From positions 131,058-195,057 of the forward strand of contig CAZTFB010000001.1 of assembly GCA_964612595.1 (NCBI GenBank): a DNA stretch of 64,000 nucleotides. The letters are read 5' to 3'. The DNA comes from an uncultured Gammaproteobacteria bacterium. GTDB lineage: Bacteria > Patescibacteriota > Microgenomatia > UBA1406 > HO2-37-13b. Below, in pieces: positions 46,695-56,561 of the stretch (its first letter is position 1; the number at the start of each line of letters is the position of its first letter). Below the pieces are notes generated by a model. The model saw only the letters and a list, made by a program, of their open reading frames with translations. It did no database searches and was not told the DNA's origin. Made by a program: the position numbers and the translations under genes.

Positions 46695-47849
46695 TTAGCA
46701 ATCAGAGCCTAATGCCCCTACGCAATTTTCTGTTGGTGGTTTGCCCCGTTCAGGACATTTTTCTGAATAAAGACAGGCATCATCGCTAATCGAGTTAATT
46801 TGAGATTTAATGACCTCATCCTTAGGTCCGTAACTAATTAGAATTTTGTCCAAGTCAGAGATCTCATAATTTCCGAACTTGTCATTCGGCTTACCATTGA
46901 CGTTGAATTTAAGAGAGTTTTTATCATCATTACAATATTTTTTGCCGTCGTCTGTAATAAAACACTGGTTATCAAAACTTATTCCAATACTTTTGAAAAA
47001 GTAGCCAAGCGTTACACCTTGGCGATGTTTGTGAGTCACTTCTCCATTCCCATCATGTACATGGGTATAAGGGTCCTTTGAGTCTTGATACTGATCGGAT
47101 GTGAAATCAAAAATCTTACCGTTCAAATAAACCTTAAAATCTGCATGCTCATGAACCTTATCTCCAAGTTTTGGTTCGTCTGCCTTAGGCGCTTTCAAGA
47201 TTGCGGCTTTGATAAGGGTCTTGAAATCTTCTGGAGTTTTGGGATTCTGCAATTTTTCGCCATTTAGAAAAAATGATGGAGTTCCACTTACACCAAGGCT
47301 CTGTCCAGATGCTTTATCTCGCTCAACTCGATCTTTGACTTCTTTGGAAGATACATCTTTCTTAAACTGTTCAAGATTTAAACCAATTTGTTTTGCATAG
47401 CCTTCAAATATAGTAGGATCGGCAAATTGCTTCTCTCCCCAACTACTTTGGTTTTCAAAAAGCACATCATGCATTTCCCAATATTTCCCTTGCTTGCTTG
47501 CTGCCTCAACACTTAGGGCAGCCTGCATGCCATTTTTATGCCCCGGAAGAGGAAAGTATCTACTCACAAAACGAACTTCTGTTTTGAACTCCTCTGACAG
47601 CTGTTTTACAAGTGGATAGTAGGCACCACAGGCTTCACATTCAAAATCAAGATATTCAATAAGTGTTACGGAGGAGTCTTTATTTCCTTTGATATGGTCA
47701 TCGGAAACAATGTCAATGAGTTCTTTTTGAGCGTCAGATGGTACTTGTGTGGAAGTCGATCCAGTTTTGTTTATCAATAAATATCCGGCGACAATAATAG
47801 CAAGTGATACAGCTGTGATTATTGAAATTAGTTTTTTATCTCCTGTCAT
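46695..47849 (-). CDS. Membrane-anchored DsbA-family thioredoxin fused to a His/Cys-rich C-terminal domain
   Basis: 384 aa. TM anchor, DFECEACGAYYP (CxxC), then ~170 aa with HEHADFKVYLNG..THVHDGNGEVTHKH and 6 Cys. Confidence 0.8.
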   Translation of the reverse strand: MTGDKKLISIITAVSLAIIVAGYLLINKTGSTSTQVPSDAQKELIDIVSDDHIKGNKDSSVTLIEYLDFECEACGAYYPLVKQLSEEFKTEVRFVSRYFPLPGHKNGMQAALSVEAASKQGKYWEMHDVLFENQSSWGEKQFADPTIFEGYAKQIGLNLEQFKKDVSSKEVKDRVERDKASGQSLGVSGTPSFFLNGEKLQNPKTPEDFKTLIKAAILKAPKADEPKLGDKVHEHADFKVYLNGKIFDFTSDQYQDSKDPYTHVHDGNGEVTHKHRQGVTLGYFFKSIGISFDNQCFITDDGKKYCNDDKNSLKFNVNGKPNDKFGNYEISDLDKILISYGPKDEVIKSQINSISDDACLYSEKCPERGKPPTENCVGALGSDC

Positions 47850-47857
47850 GGTAGGTC

Positions 47858-47885
47858 ATTATACTATGTTTTGTAGTAAGTGTAA
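47858..47885 (-). promoter_or_regulatory. Promoter TTACAC-N16-TATAAT with a degenerate ACTACA-AAA-CATAGT box in the spacer
   Basis: -35 at 47885-47880, -10 at 47863-47858, box at 47863-47877. Two mismatches to the palindrome seen at three other promoters. Confidence 0.4.
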
Positions 47886-47911
47886 ATTACTGTTTTAAGA
47901 TCTCCCCACTT

Positions 47912-48235
47912 CTAAAAAGTAATTACCTTATCATAAACTGCAATTAGGCGATATAAATCTGCGATTCCTCCTGCTGGACAGGCTTTACTATCGACTTGAT
48001 GTCTGGTTATCATGCAGGTTTCACAAGCAATAATCCTACTTTGTTCATATGAAAGAAACTTTTTAACCTGCCCTTTGATGTTAAATTGATCTGAACTATT
48101 TGATTCGTATTCAACACCTTCGCCGATAAGGAAAATACTCACTTCATCCTCCTTCTTCAGAGCTAAGTTGGCAAGGCGTAAGGCATTCCAATTCTTTTCA
48201 GCGTTGTTGGTTGATAGAATAATAGCTAGTTTCAT
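47912..48235 (-). CDS. DsrE/DsrF-like family protein
   Basis: Start at ATG 48235 (MKLAIILSTNNAEKNWNALRLANLAL..) with AAGGAA upstream. Conserved Cys pair region (ACETCM..ACPAGG). Confidence 0.7.
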   Translation of the reverse strand: MKLAIILSTNNAEKNWNALRLANLALKKEDEVSIFLIGEGVEYESNSSDQFNIKGQVKKFLSYEQSRIIACETCMITRHQVDSKACPAGGIADLYRLIAVYDKVITF

Positions 48236-48272
48236 ATTAGTTCCTTGTTTATAACATTTTATGATCAATACA

Positions 48273-50486
48273 TTATATTTTGACTAAGTCCTTTTCTATT
48301 CGCTTAAGCAATACTGCATTTGTTGCAACAATAATTGATGAGATACTCATCAAAAGTGCTGATATTTCAGGACGCAGTGATATTCCAAAATTTGGATATA
48401 AGACACCCGCAGCAACAGGTATAGCAAGCAGATTATAAATTGACGCCCAAAAGAGGTTTTGCTTCATTTTTCTTACTGTTGCCTTACTTAATCTGATAGC
48501 TCGTAAAATATCTGCTGGATCAGATTTCATTAAAACCACTTTTGCAGTCTCTATCGCTACATCAGTGCCAGCTCCTATGGCGATGCCTATATCAGCAGTT
48601 GCAAGGGCAGGAGCATCATTAACTCCATCCCCAACCATTGCAACAAATTTTCCTTCTTTTTGGAGCTTTTTAACATATGAAGCTTTCTCTTCGGGTAGAA
48701 CTTCAGCAAATATTCTATCTATACCAAGCTGTTTTCCAATAGCTTCTGCAGTTACTTTGTTGTCTCCGGTAATCATTGCTACTTCTAGACCTAATTCCTT
48801 CATTTTCTCAATTGCACGCTTAGCTGTTTCTTTAACAGGATCTTGAGCAGCCACGATTCCAGCCAGTTTTCCATTTATGGCAACAAGCATTAATGTTTTA
48901 CCCTCAGAAAGCAGTCGATCAATATCATTTTGGAGCAAAACCATGTCAATCCCACCATCTTTGATAAGCTTTATATTCCCGACAAGCACTTGTTTCCCTT
49001 CTACGATAGCTTTAACACCATGTCCTGAGATAGATTGAAATTTTTCTACCTGCTGTGGGATCGTAATTTTTCTTCTTTTAGCTTCCTCAAGGATAGCGCC
49101 GCTTAGAGGATGGCCTGATTTAGCTTCAGCGGCGGCATTTAATCGTAATACTTCTTCTTTTAAAAATCCATGCGCTGCAATAACATCAGTAACCTTAGGT
49201 TTTCCTTGTGTAAGCGTGCCCGTTTTATCAAGCACTACAGCCTGAATTTTTGACACCTGTTCAAGAGTTGGTGCATCCTTAATTAAGATGTTATGCTTGG
49301 CCCCGAGTCCCGTACCAACCGCTACTGCCGTTGGTGTCGCCAAGCCTAATGCATCAGGGCAGGCAATTACTACAGTTGAGATGGCAAAGGTTAGGGCAAA
49401 TAAAAACGATTCTCCCATAACGAAAAACCAGATGGCAAAGGTTAGGATTCCTCCTCCAACAGCGACAATAACCAAATATTTTGCAAACTTATCAGCAAGT
49501 TTTTGACCAGGGGCTTTTGAGTTTTGGGCCGTCTCGACCATTTTAACAATTTGAGCAAGGGCAGTATCTCCACCTACTTTTGTTGCTCTAAACATGATTG
49601 ACCCTGAAGTATTGATTGAGCCACCGATAACCATGTCGCCCTTTTTCTTAGAGACAGGAATAGACTCACCAGTAACCAAGGATTCGTCAATTGCAGTCTC
49701 TCCTTCAATAATTTCACCATCAACAGCTACTTTATCTCCTGGCTTAAGGACAAGAATATCTCCAACTATTACATCAGATGTTGGAATTAATTGTTCTTTT
49801 CCATTTCGAATTACTCTCGCCTGTGGTGGAACGAGATTAAATAGTGCTTGCAATGCGTCAGTTGTTCCTCGCCTAGACTTCATCTCCATCCAGTGCCCAA
49901 ACAAAACAAATGTTGTCAACATTGCTGCTGCTTCATAAAACGACTCCATACTTCCCAGTAATGTCAAAACAATACTAAAGACATATGCTGCGGTGATCCC
50001 AACAGCAATAAGTACGGCCATATTAAGGGTTTTCAGTTTTAAGGCAATATAGCTTGAATAGAGGAATATCCAACCGCAATAAAAATAAACGGGGGTTGTT
50101 AATAGCAACATTAACCAATTCTCAGAAATCGGCGTTGGCAGATTAAGTCCAAAGATATTTTTTCCAAGTGGTGAGTATGCAACAATTGGAATGGTTAAAA
50201 TAAGTGATACAAAAAATTTATTTCTAATATCTTCTTCCATTAGCTTTGCCATCTCTCTACCTGCGAGTCCGGTGTGATCCATCCCCATAGCCATTGTCAT
50301 GCTCATTTTGAATTTTTCCCATACCGTCATTTCTTCAGACGGCTTCATCGTGTGGCCCCTGTGCTTATTATGATTCATATCGTTGCGATCCATCTTCACT
50401 TCTACTTCAACGAGTTTCATGCCACATCTATGACAACTACCAGGTTTATCTTGTTGAACTTCAGGATGCATTGGACAGGTATACAT
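48273..50486 (-). CDS. copB: CopB-type (P1B-3-like) heavy-metal P-type ATPase with N-terminal YTCPMHPE zinc-ribbon-like metal-binding domain and a CPD transmembrane motif
   Basis: 737 aa. MYTCPMHPEV..CHRCGMKL; DKTGTLT; GDGVNDAP; TM6 MSISSIIVATNA as in CopB. The TM4 motif reads ACPDALGLATP (codons TGC CCT GAT at 49361-49353) instead of CPH/CPC. Confidence 0.9.
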   Translation of the reverse strand: MYTCPMHPEVQQDKPGSCHRCGMKLVEVEVKMDRNDMNHNKHRGHTMKPSEEMTVWEKFKMSMTMAMGMDHTGLAGREMAKLMEEDIRNKFFVSLILTIPIVAYSPLGKNIFGLNLPTPISENWLMLLLTTPVYFYCGWIFLYSSYIALKLKTLNMAVLIAVGITAAYVFSIVLTLLGSMESFYEAAAMLTTFVLFGHWMEMKSRRGTTDALQALFNLVPPQARVIRNGKEQLIPTSDVIVGDILVLKPGDKVAVDGEIIEGETAIDESLVTGESIPVSKKKGDMVIGGSINTSGSIMFRATKVGGDTALAQIVKMVETAQNSKAPGQKLADKFAKYLVIVAVGGGILTFAIWFFVMGESFLFALTFAISTVVIACPDALGLATPTAVAVGTGLGAKHNILIKDAPTLEQVSKIQAVVLDKTGTLTQGKPKVTDVIAAHGFLKEEVLRLNAAAEAKSGHPLSGAILEEAKRRKITIPQQVEKFQSISGHGVKAIVEGKQVLVGNIKLIKDGGIDMVLLQNDIDRLLSEGKTLMLVAINGKLAGIVAAQDPVKETAKRAIEKMKELGLEVAMITGDNKVTAEAIGKQLGIDRIFAEVLPEEKASYVKKLQKEGKFVAMVGDGVNDAPALATADIGIAIGAGTDVAIETAKVVLMKSDPADILRAIRLSKATVRKMKQNLFWASIYNLLAIPVAAGVLYPNFGISLRPEISALLMSISSIIVATNAVLLKRIEKDLVKI

Positions 50487-50500
50487 TTTTATATTATTTT

Positions 50501-50995
50501 TTATTTTCCACTAAAATGTTCAGTGACACCATTTATCATCTGTCGCACACACCACTTGGCATACATTTTGCCAAATAATTGACCAAGTAATCGTGAAATT
50601 ATTGCTTCGGGAAGTTCGTAATCAATAAATACCCTCAATTGAGATACGCTATCCTTGGCGTTTATTTTAAAGCCCATTTTATAATTGCCGATAACCAAAA
50701 GTTTGGGAGCTCCTACTGTCTCCCATTCTTTCCGACGAGGTGGTTCATGATGTGTTACGACTTCGTCAAGATATAGATTAATTCCAAAAACCTTTCCTTT
50801 CATTTGAATGTGTGAACCAACCGTTTTACCCTGCCCTTCATCTAATTCAGTTTTCATGCTTCCACCACCCATCATCCATGAAGACTTATTCATATGCGAT
50901 GAAAAATGTTTATGATCATCAGCATAGTTAAAGACATCTTCTGGAGAAGCTTGTATGAGCGAAGTTTCCTCATCGTGGTGTATTTTACTTTTCAT
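50501..50995 (-). CDS. SRPBCC (START/polyketide-cyclase-like) family protein
   Basis: 164 aa. The overall pattern (..SPEDVFNYADDHKHFSSHM.. to a C-terminal helix) resembles SRPBCC. Recall-based. Confidence 0.55.
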   Translation of the reverse strand: MKSKIHHDEETSLIQASPEDVFNYADDHKHFSSHMNKSSWMMGGGSMKTELDEGQGKTVGSHIQMKGKVFGINLYLDEVVTHHEPPRRKEWETVGAPKLLVIGNYKMGFKINAKDSVSQLRVFIDYELPEAIISRLLGQLFGKMYAKWCVRQMINGVTEHFSGK

Positions 50996-50996
50996 G

Positions 50997-51851
50997 TTAT
51001 TTAGGCATACATAGTTGGTTAACTTCTTTCATAATAGATGAAATTTTTGAATCTTGCAGTCCGAGTGATTGAAGTGCACTCCTACTGTCTAACAAATCTT
51101 TACAAAGAACAATTCCACGTTCTAGAAGCTGTTGTTTTTGAAAATTACTTAATTGCATTAGACATGTAATTGGATGTAACCCTGTTTGATCTATGAGTAC
51201 TTCCAAACCTTCTTTGGGGGGATGGTTCCAACCAATTGTTTTCATTCCAGAGCACCTTGCATATTTTATGGCGTCGCTTGTGAGCTTAGTGTTTGTAACA
51301 AGCCATGCTTCATGGAATTTGTTGGTGTGACCAGGATTTTGTTGCCATGCCTTTTCAACATCCCTAAATCGTGCTTCAATATAGAGAGCTACTTTTACAT
51401 CTGTTTTAATCCCTGACTGATTGTGGAACTTACACTCAACCATTAGGTGACGATTATCCTTTAGGGCAATAACGTCTATTTCATGAGTAACACAAAAACC
51501 TGAAACGACCCTTCCTACTTCAATTGCATATCCTTTCGATGCGAGAATTTTGCCAACTAGCTTTTCAAATGGATGACCACTTGGACCAAACTGCATTATG
51601 GCACGTTTCAGCGAATATCGACTAGCCACAGAACGCTCATATTTTTTAAGTAAAGTGAATGCTTTTTGATAAATATCACGGGTTTCATCACCATTTTTAA
51701 GCCCACCTTCAACATGAGCAATAACTTTTTCTATACTCTCTGCAGAGGCATGAACTCGTTCAAGTGAGAGTCGCAGCTTGGTTTGCGAAAACGGCTCCAT
51801 TTCTCCCGAGGCTTTTTTTATTAATATTTTTTTCCAATTAATGTCTGTCAT
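50997..51851 (-). CDS. ATP-cone domain fused to a restriction-endonuclease-like (Mrr_cat-type) domain
   Basis: 284 aa. N-terminal ILIKKASGEMEPFSQTKLRLSLERV (ATP-cone), then FEKLVGKILASKGYAIEV..EIDVIALKDNRHLMVECKFH (PD-(D/E)xK core). Confidence 0.7.
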   Translation of the reverse strand: MTDINWKKILIKKASGEMEPFSQTKLRLSLERVHASAESIEKVIAHVEGGLKNGDETRDIYQKAFTLLKKYERSVASRYSLKRAIMQFGPSGHPFEKLVGKILASKGYAIEVGRVVSGFCVTHEIDVIALKDNRHLMVECKFHNQSGIKTDVKVALYIEARFRDVEKAWQQNPGHTNKFHEAWLVTNTKLTSDAIKYARCSGMKTIGWNHPPKEGLEVLIDQTGLHPITCLMQLSNFQKQQLLERGIVLCKDLLDSRSALQSLGLQDSKISSIMKEVNQLCMPK

Positions 51852-51869
51852 ATTTTATTTCGTTTTCAA

Positions 51870-52538
51870 TTAGCTCTTCATCTTTTGTATCATGCTTTTA
51901 GCGTTTGAAATTAATACTATCTGAATTATACCCATCCAGTTTGACTCATTTTTCACAGATAAGCCGGCTTCACCTACAATGCTTGTAAGGCCACTTTTTA
52001 TAAAAGGCATATAGTAGGGGGTTTCAAACAACCTGATAAATGGGGAAAGCAGGCGAGCCACTATATGTTTACTTGGCTCCATATGTTCAACGATTAAAAT
52101 ACAGCCATTCTTTTTGACGACTCTTTTTACTTCTAAAAGAGTTGCAAGTTCAATCTCATGTGGCATGTCGTGCAGACCCAAGGATATCGAAGCTCCATCA
52201 AACTCATTATCCTTGAATGGTAATTCTGTAGCATCCGCCTGTATAAATTTAAGCTTAAGAGATCTATTCTCTAGTTTTTTTCTGGCCTGTTCTAGCATGA
52301 GGGGAGACAGATCTACCCCAATTACATCAAACCCGCACCTGGCTAATGTATACGCCTGCGCACCTGTCCCAGTCGCTACATCAATGATTCTTGCTGGCGG
52401 CTTTATAGGTAAAAATGCAGCTGCTCTTTGCCTTATGGGAAACAGGAAATACTTCTCGTAATCATATATTTTAGCCAATTTTCCAAAGTGCTGGTTATTG
52501 AATTGCTCATGTTTTTTAAAAAGATCGATGTGCTTCAT
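51870..52538 (-). CDS. Class I SAM-dependent methyltransferase (UbiE/COQ5-like)
   Basis: 222 aa. IIDVATGTGAQA motif I, DVIGVDLS, FDGASISLGLHDM. Confidence 0.85.
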   Translation of the reverse strand: MKHIDLFKKHEQFNNQHFGKLAKIYDYEKYFLFPIRQRAAAFLPIKPPARIIDVATGTGAQAYTLARCGFDVIGVDLSPLMLEQARKKLENRSLKLKFIQADATELPFKDNEFDGASISLGLHDMPHEIELATLLEVKRVVKKNGCILIVEHMEPSKHIVARLLSPFIRLFETPYYMPFIKSGLTSIVGEAGLSVKNESNWMGIIQIVLISNAKSMIQKMKS

Positions 52539-52568
52539 ATAAGGCCTACTAGGATTTTTGTATTTTTT

Positions 52569-54167
52569 TCATTGATCAATAACTTTAAATCTACTCATCA
52601 TTCCTGACTCCATGTGTTCAGGGATATGGCAGTGGACAACCCAGTCCCCAGGATTGTCCATTTGAACTAGAAGCTCAACCGTGTCTCCCGTTTGGATGAG
52701 TGTGGTATCTTTCCAAACCAGATTTTGATTTTTTTGTCCGTTGGTAGACAGCACTAGAAAACGCTGTCCATGAATGTGGACGGGGTGCTGCATCGGATGC
52801 ATCGACTGATCATCGTTGAAGATTTTAAACTTAACAATATCACCCTTCTTAAATTGCCAATTAATGTCCATATTAGCGTTTTGAGTTTCGTCATCAATGA
52901 TCATCCACTTGAGAGTATCCGTTGTTGAATTGGCATTCATCATACCCATATCGTCATCCCACTCGATTTTCTGTACATTGCCCATCGCCATCTGGCGGTT
53001 TCGCATCATTTGGCTTGTACCCATCTTGTGTCCACCCATTGAGTCATTTTGCGTCGTTGACTTCTCGTTTCCCATTTGCATACTCAAAGTAACATTTTTA
53101 TCTGCGGTCTTATCAAACAGGGAACGTAGTGCAGTAATTGAGGCTATAAAGTCGTTGTTGATCCTTGGTGAAACTACAAAAGGAGTTATGTCAGCATTTG
53201 CGCTTACAGCAATTGTCCCTAATGTATACGATTTGTCGGGAGTATTGTTAACCATTTCATAATTCCCAGCTTTGTCGAACCAAATCTCAACTATTTGTCG
53301 TTCAGATGGACCGATAATCACTGAATCCACCCATTCCTCACGCTCATATTTTCCGTTATCGCTACCCACTAACTTCATCTGAGTATTGGGAATTGTAAAA
53401 TTAAACGTCCTCGTATTGGCTGAATTTGTAATATAGAGACGTACACGCTCACCTTGTATAATTGATAATCTGTAATCGTCGTCGCCATTAACAAGCATGG
53501 TATTGCCGAATCTTCCCATAAGCGTGTGGTTCACAGTTGATTTGTCAAATGTGGCAATTTGCCCGTTTTCAATCAAAATATCGTCCAGAAAAAGGGTTTC
53601 TTCACGATCAACTTCCGCCCAATAGTCCGATGTATTAGGGGTAACTAAAAAGTTTCCATACAACCCTAATTCCTGAGCATAATCTTCACGAACATGGGGA
53701 TGATACCAGTAAATTCCTGCATCAGGAAACTTAAGTTCATAAGTAAATGATTGACCTGGTTTAACTGCATTTTGTGTTACGTCAGGTACACCATCAAACT
53801 TGTTTTCAACCCTGATGCCGTGAGAGTGGACAGTGCTATCAACGTCAGTGTCGTTTTTGAAGTTCAGAGTTATTTGTGCTCCCTGAGACACTTTGATCAA
53901 AGGACCAGGAATTGAGCCATTGTAAGCGAGCATTTTCATTTCTTGCCCATTAATAGTCTTTTTGACAATGCTGGCAGTAAGGTTATAGATATCACCATCT
54001 TTAAGTATCACAATTTCCTGAGGTTTGACTGTATTCATTTGTTGGGCTGAAGTAGAAAATTTTCCACTCGTACGAGAACGATTAGGGTACATAAGTAAGC
54101 TGAATATAACTATCAATGCACCTATGATGACAATGGTTGCTGCAATATAAAAATGTTTTTTATTCAT
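52569..54167 (-). CDS. Multicopper oxidase with Met-rich insert
   Basis: 532 aa. HSHG, WYHPH, HPVHIHG and HCHIPEHMESGMM copper-ligand motifs. Met-rich segment MGGHKMGTSQMMRNRQMAMG..MGMM. N-terminal TM/signal anchor. Confidence 0.92.
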   Translation of the reverse strand: MNKKHFYIAATIVIIGALIVIFSLLMYPNRSRTSGKFSTSAQQMNTVKPQEIVILKDGDIYNLTASIVKKTINGQEMKMLAYNGSIPGPLIKVSQGAQITLNFKNDTDVDSTVHSHGIRVENKFDGVPDVTQNAVKPGQSFTYELKFPDAGIYWYHPHVREDYAQELGLYGNFLVTPNTSDYWAEVDREETLFLDDILIENGQIATFDKSTVNHTLMGRFGNTMLVNGDDDYRLSIIQGERVRLYITNSANTRTFNFTIPNTQMKLVGSDNGKYEREEWVDSVIIGPSERQIVEIWFDKAGNYEMVNNTPDKSYTLGTIAVSANADITPFVVSPRINNDFIASITALRSLFDKTADKNVTLSMQMGNEKSTTQNDSMGGHKMGTSQMMRNRQMAMGNVQKIEWDDDMGMMNANSTTDTLKWMIIDDETQNANMDINWQFKKGDIVKFKIFNDDQSMHPMQHPVHIHGQRFLVLSTNGQKNQNLVWKDTTLIQTGDTVELLVQMDNPGDWVVHCHIPEHMESGMMSRFKVIDQ

Positions 54168-54276
54168 ATCTTTTATTTTGACTAATTATTGATGTTAATT
54201 TCATAAATACTACCTTGATATCCGCATTCTGTTACAAAATCTAATACACGACGCGACTATTTATCGAAACTACCTA

Positions 54277-56556
54277 TCAAATTTGACGTTTTTTAAGTAG
54301 CAGTGAGTTGGTTACAACAGAAACACTACTAAATGCCATTGCCGCTCCGGCTATAGCGGGGTTTAACAAAATTCCTGTAAACGGGTAGAGTGCTCCGGCA
54401 GCCACAGGAATACCGATAATGTTATAAAAAAATGCCCAGAATAAATTCTGTTTTATCACTCTCATAGTAGCTCTGGCAAGTCTCACGGCCTTTGGCAGTT
54501 TTGAGATATGACCGCCAAGCAGGGTAATTCCTGCCGATTCTATGGCTACATCAGTTCCTGTCCCCATTGCAACGCCCACATCAGCAGTCACAAGAGCTGG
54601 CGCATCGTTGATCCCATCTCCCACCATGGCCACTTTAAATCCTTCACTCTGGAGTTTCTTAATCTCTTTCGCTTTGTCCGCTGGCAATACTTCAGCTAGA
54701 ACGCGATCTATCCCAACTTGTTTGGCAATGTACTCAGCAGTCCTGTGGTTATCACCGGTAAGCATAGCTACCTTTATTCCCAGTTTATGAAGTTCTGATA
54801 TTGTTTCTTTGGCGTCTTCTTTAATCGTATCAGCGATAGCTATGTATGCTAGAATTGTTTTTTTGGTGGCAAATACAACTGGAGTTTTACCTTGAGAGGC
54901 ATATTTTTTTACCAGTGAGTCATCTACCTCAAGTCCAAAATCTGCTGCCAGTTTAAGATTGCCCACCACATAATGCGTGCCTAAAATATCCCCTTCGAGT
55001 CCTTTTCCTTCGATCGCTTTAAAGTCAGTAACCGAGAGTAAACTAAGTTCTTCCTCCTTAGCCTTATTTACCACCGCCTGAGCCAGAGGATGCTCTGAAT
55101 GCTTCTCAAGTGAAGCTAGTAGTTGTAAAATATTCTCTTGTGTATTTTCAACGATTGTTACAATATCGGTTACTACCGGAGTTCCATTGGTAATGGTTCC
55201 AGTTTTATCTAATACCATAAAATTAACGCTTTGAAACTTTTCCAAACTTTCTGCATTTTTAATGAGAATTCCATTCTGTGCTGCCTTACCAACTCCTACG
55301 ATCACGGCAGTCGGGGTAGCCAAACCCATAGCACAGGGACAGGCGATAACCAAAATGCCTACAAAGCTAATCAGTCCTAAGGATACCGCCTGAGACACGG
55401 CCATAAATTGAGAACCCACAATGAGCCATAACAGAAACACAATGACAGATAAAATTAAGACTACCGGCACAAAAACCCCTGATACTTGATCGGCAATTCG
55501 CTCAATTGGTGCTTTGGAACCCTGTGCTGATTCAACCATTTTAATAATCTGAGAGAGCATGGTCTGATCACCGATTTGGGTGGCCTTCATTTGAAAAGAG
55601 CCTTGCTTATTAATAGTCGAGCCAATTACCTTGTCTCCTACAACTTTATCTACCGGAATCGACTCACCGGTAATCATTGACTCGTCAATTGAGGAGTTGC
55701 CTAAAATTATTTCCCCATCCACAGGAATCTTAGCGCCTGGTTTTACGATAAGAATATCTCCTTCAATTACTTCGTCAATTGGAATCTCGATTTCACGACC
55801 ATCCCGCACAACAATCGCTGATTTAGCGGCGAGCCCTAATAATTTTTCTATGGCCTCTCCGGTTTTAAGTTTTGATTTTGCTTCAAGGTACTTCCCTAAA
55901 GTAATAAAACCTATTACTACGATTGTTACATCATAGTAAAGTCCTTCGGGAGCATTCAGGAGTGTTTTTATTGTCGGGAAAAGAAGCAATATGCTGCTAT
56001 AAGTAAAAGCAATCAGTGTTCCTATTCCCACCAGCGTATCCATGTTGGCAGCTCTATATTTGATAAAGCGCACAACGCCTTTGATAAATGGTTGACCAAT
56101 CCAGAACATGATCGGGGCAGCAAGGATAAATGAAGCTCGGTTAAATGCATCCATTGACAAAGGAAAGATAGGAATGAAGCTCAAGCGGTGTGAAAGTAGC
56201 TCCCAAATCATCAGGACAAATACAACTGCTGCAATTGGCATTGCGAAAGCAGTTTTTTGCCTCATTTCTTCAAGCTCTTTAAGCTTTTGTTCTTTAGTGC
56301 TATCTTGTAATATTGATGTATCTTTTTTTGCCTGGCCAACAACCTGAATATCTTCCAGTGAATATCCAAGTGGTGAAACTTGATTATTCATTATCGGAAG
56401 AGATACCTTAGTATTGTCAAAAATTACATCAGCTTTTTCCGTAGCCATGTTCACAGCACATGATGTGACGCCATCAAGCTTCTCCAGTTTTCGTTTGATG
56501 ATAGATGCACAAGATGCACAGTGCATACCAATTACTTTAAAAGTTTGAGTTTTCAT
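54277..56556 (-). CDS. copA: Copper-translocating P1B-1 ATPase
   Basis: Start at ATG 56556 ([17 protein letters not shown]) with GGAGG upstream. HMA domain, [37 protein letters not shown]. Confidence 0.95.
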   Translation of the reverse strand: MKTQTFKVIGMHCASCASIIKRKLEKLDGVTSCAVNMATEKADVIFDNTKVSLPIMNNQVSPLGYSLEDIQVVGQAKKDTSILQDSTKEQKLKELEEMRQKTAFAMPIAAVVFVLMIWELLSHRLSFIPIFPLSMDAFNRASFILAAPIMFWIGQPFIKGVVRFIKYRAANMDTLVGIGTLIAFTYSSILLLFPTIKTLLNAPEGLYYDVTIVVIGFITLGKYLEAKSKLKTGEAIEKLLGLAAKSAIVVRDGREIEIPIDEVIEGDILIVKPGAKIPVDGEIILGNSSIDESMITGESIPVDKVVGDKVIGSTINKQGSFQMKATQIGDQTMLSQIIKMVESAQGSKAPIERIADQVSGVFVPVVLILSVIVFLLWLIVGSQFMAVSQAVSLGLISFVGILVIACPCAMGLATPTAVIVGVGKAAQNGILIKNAESLEKFQSVNFMVLDKTGTITNGTPVVTDIVTIVENTQENILQLLASLEKHSEHPLAQAVVNKAKEEELSLLSVTDFKAIEGKGLEGDILGTHYVVGNLKLAADFGLEVDDSLVKKYASQGKTPVVFATKKTILAYIAIADTIKEDAKETISELHKLGIKVAMLTGDNHRTAEYIAKQVGIDRVLAEVLPADKAKEIKKLQSEGFKVAMVGDGINDAPALVTADVGVAMGTGTDVAIESAGITLLGGHISKLPKAVRLARATMRVIKQNLFWAFFYNIIGIPVAAGALYPFTGILLNPAIAGAAMAFSSVSVVTNSLLLKKRQI

Positions 56557-56561
56557 AGGCT

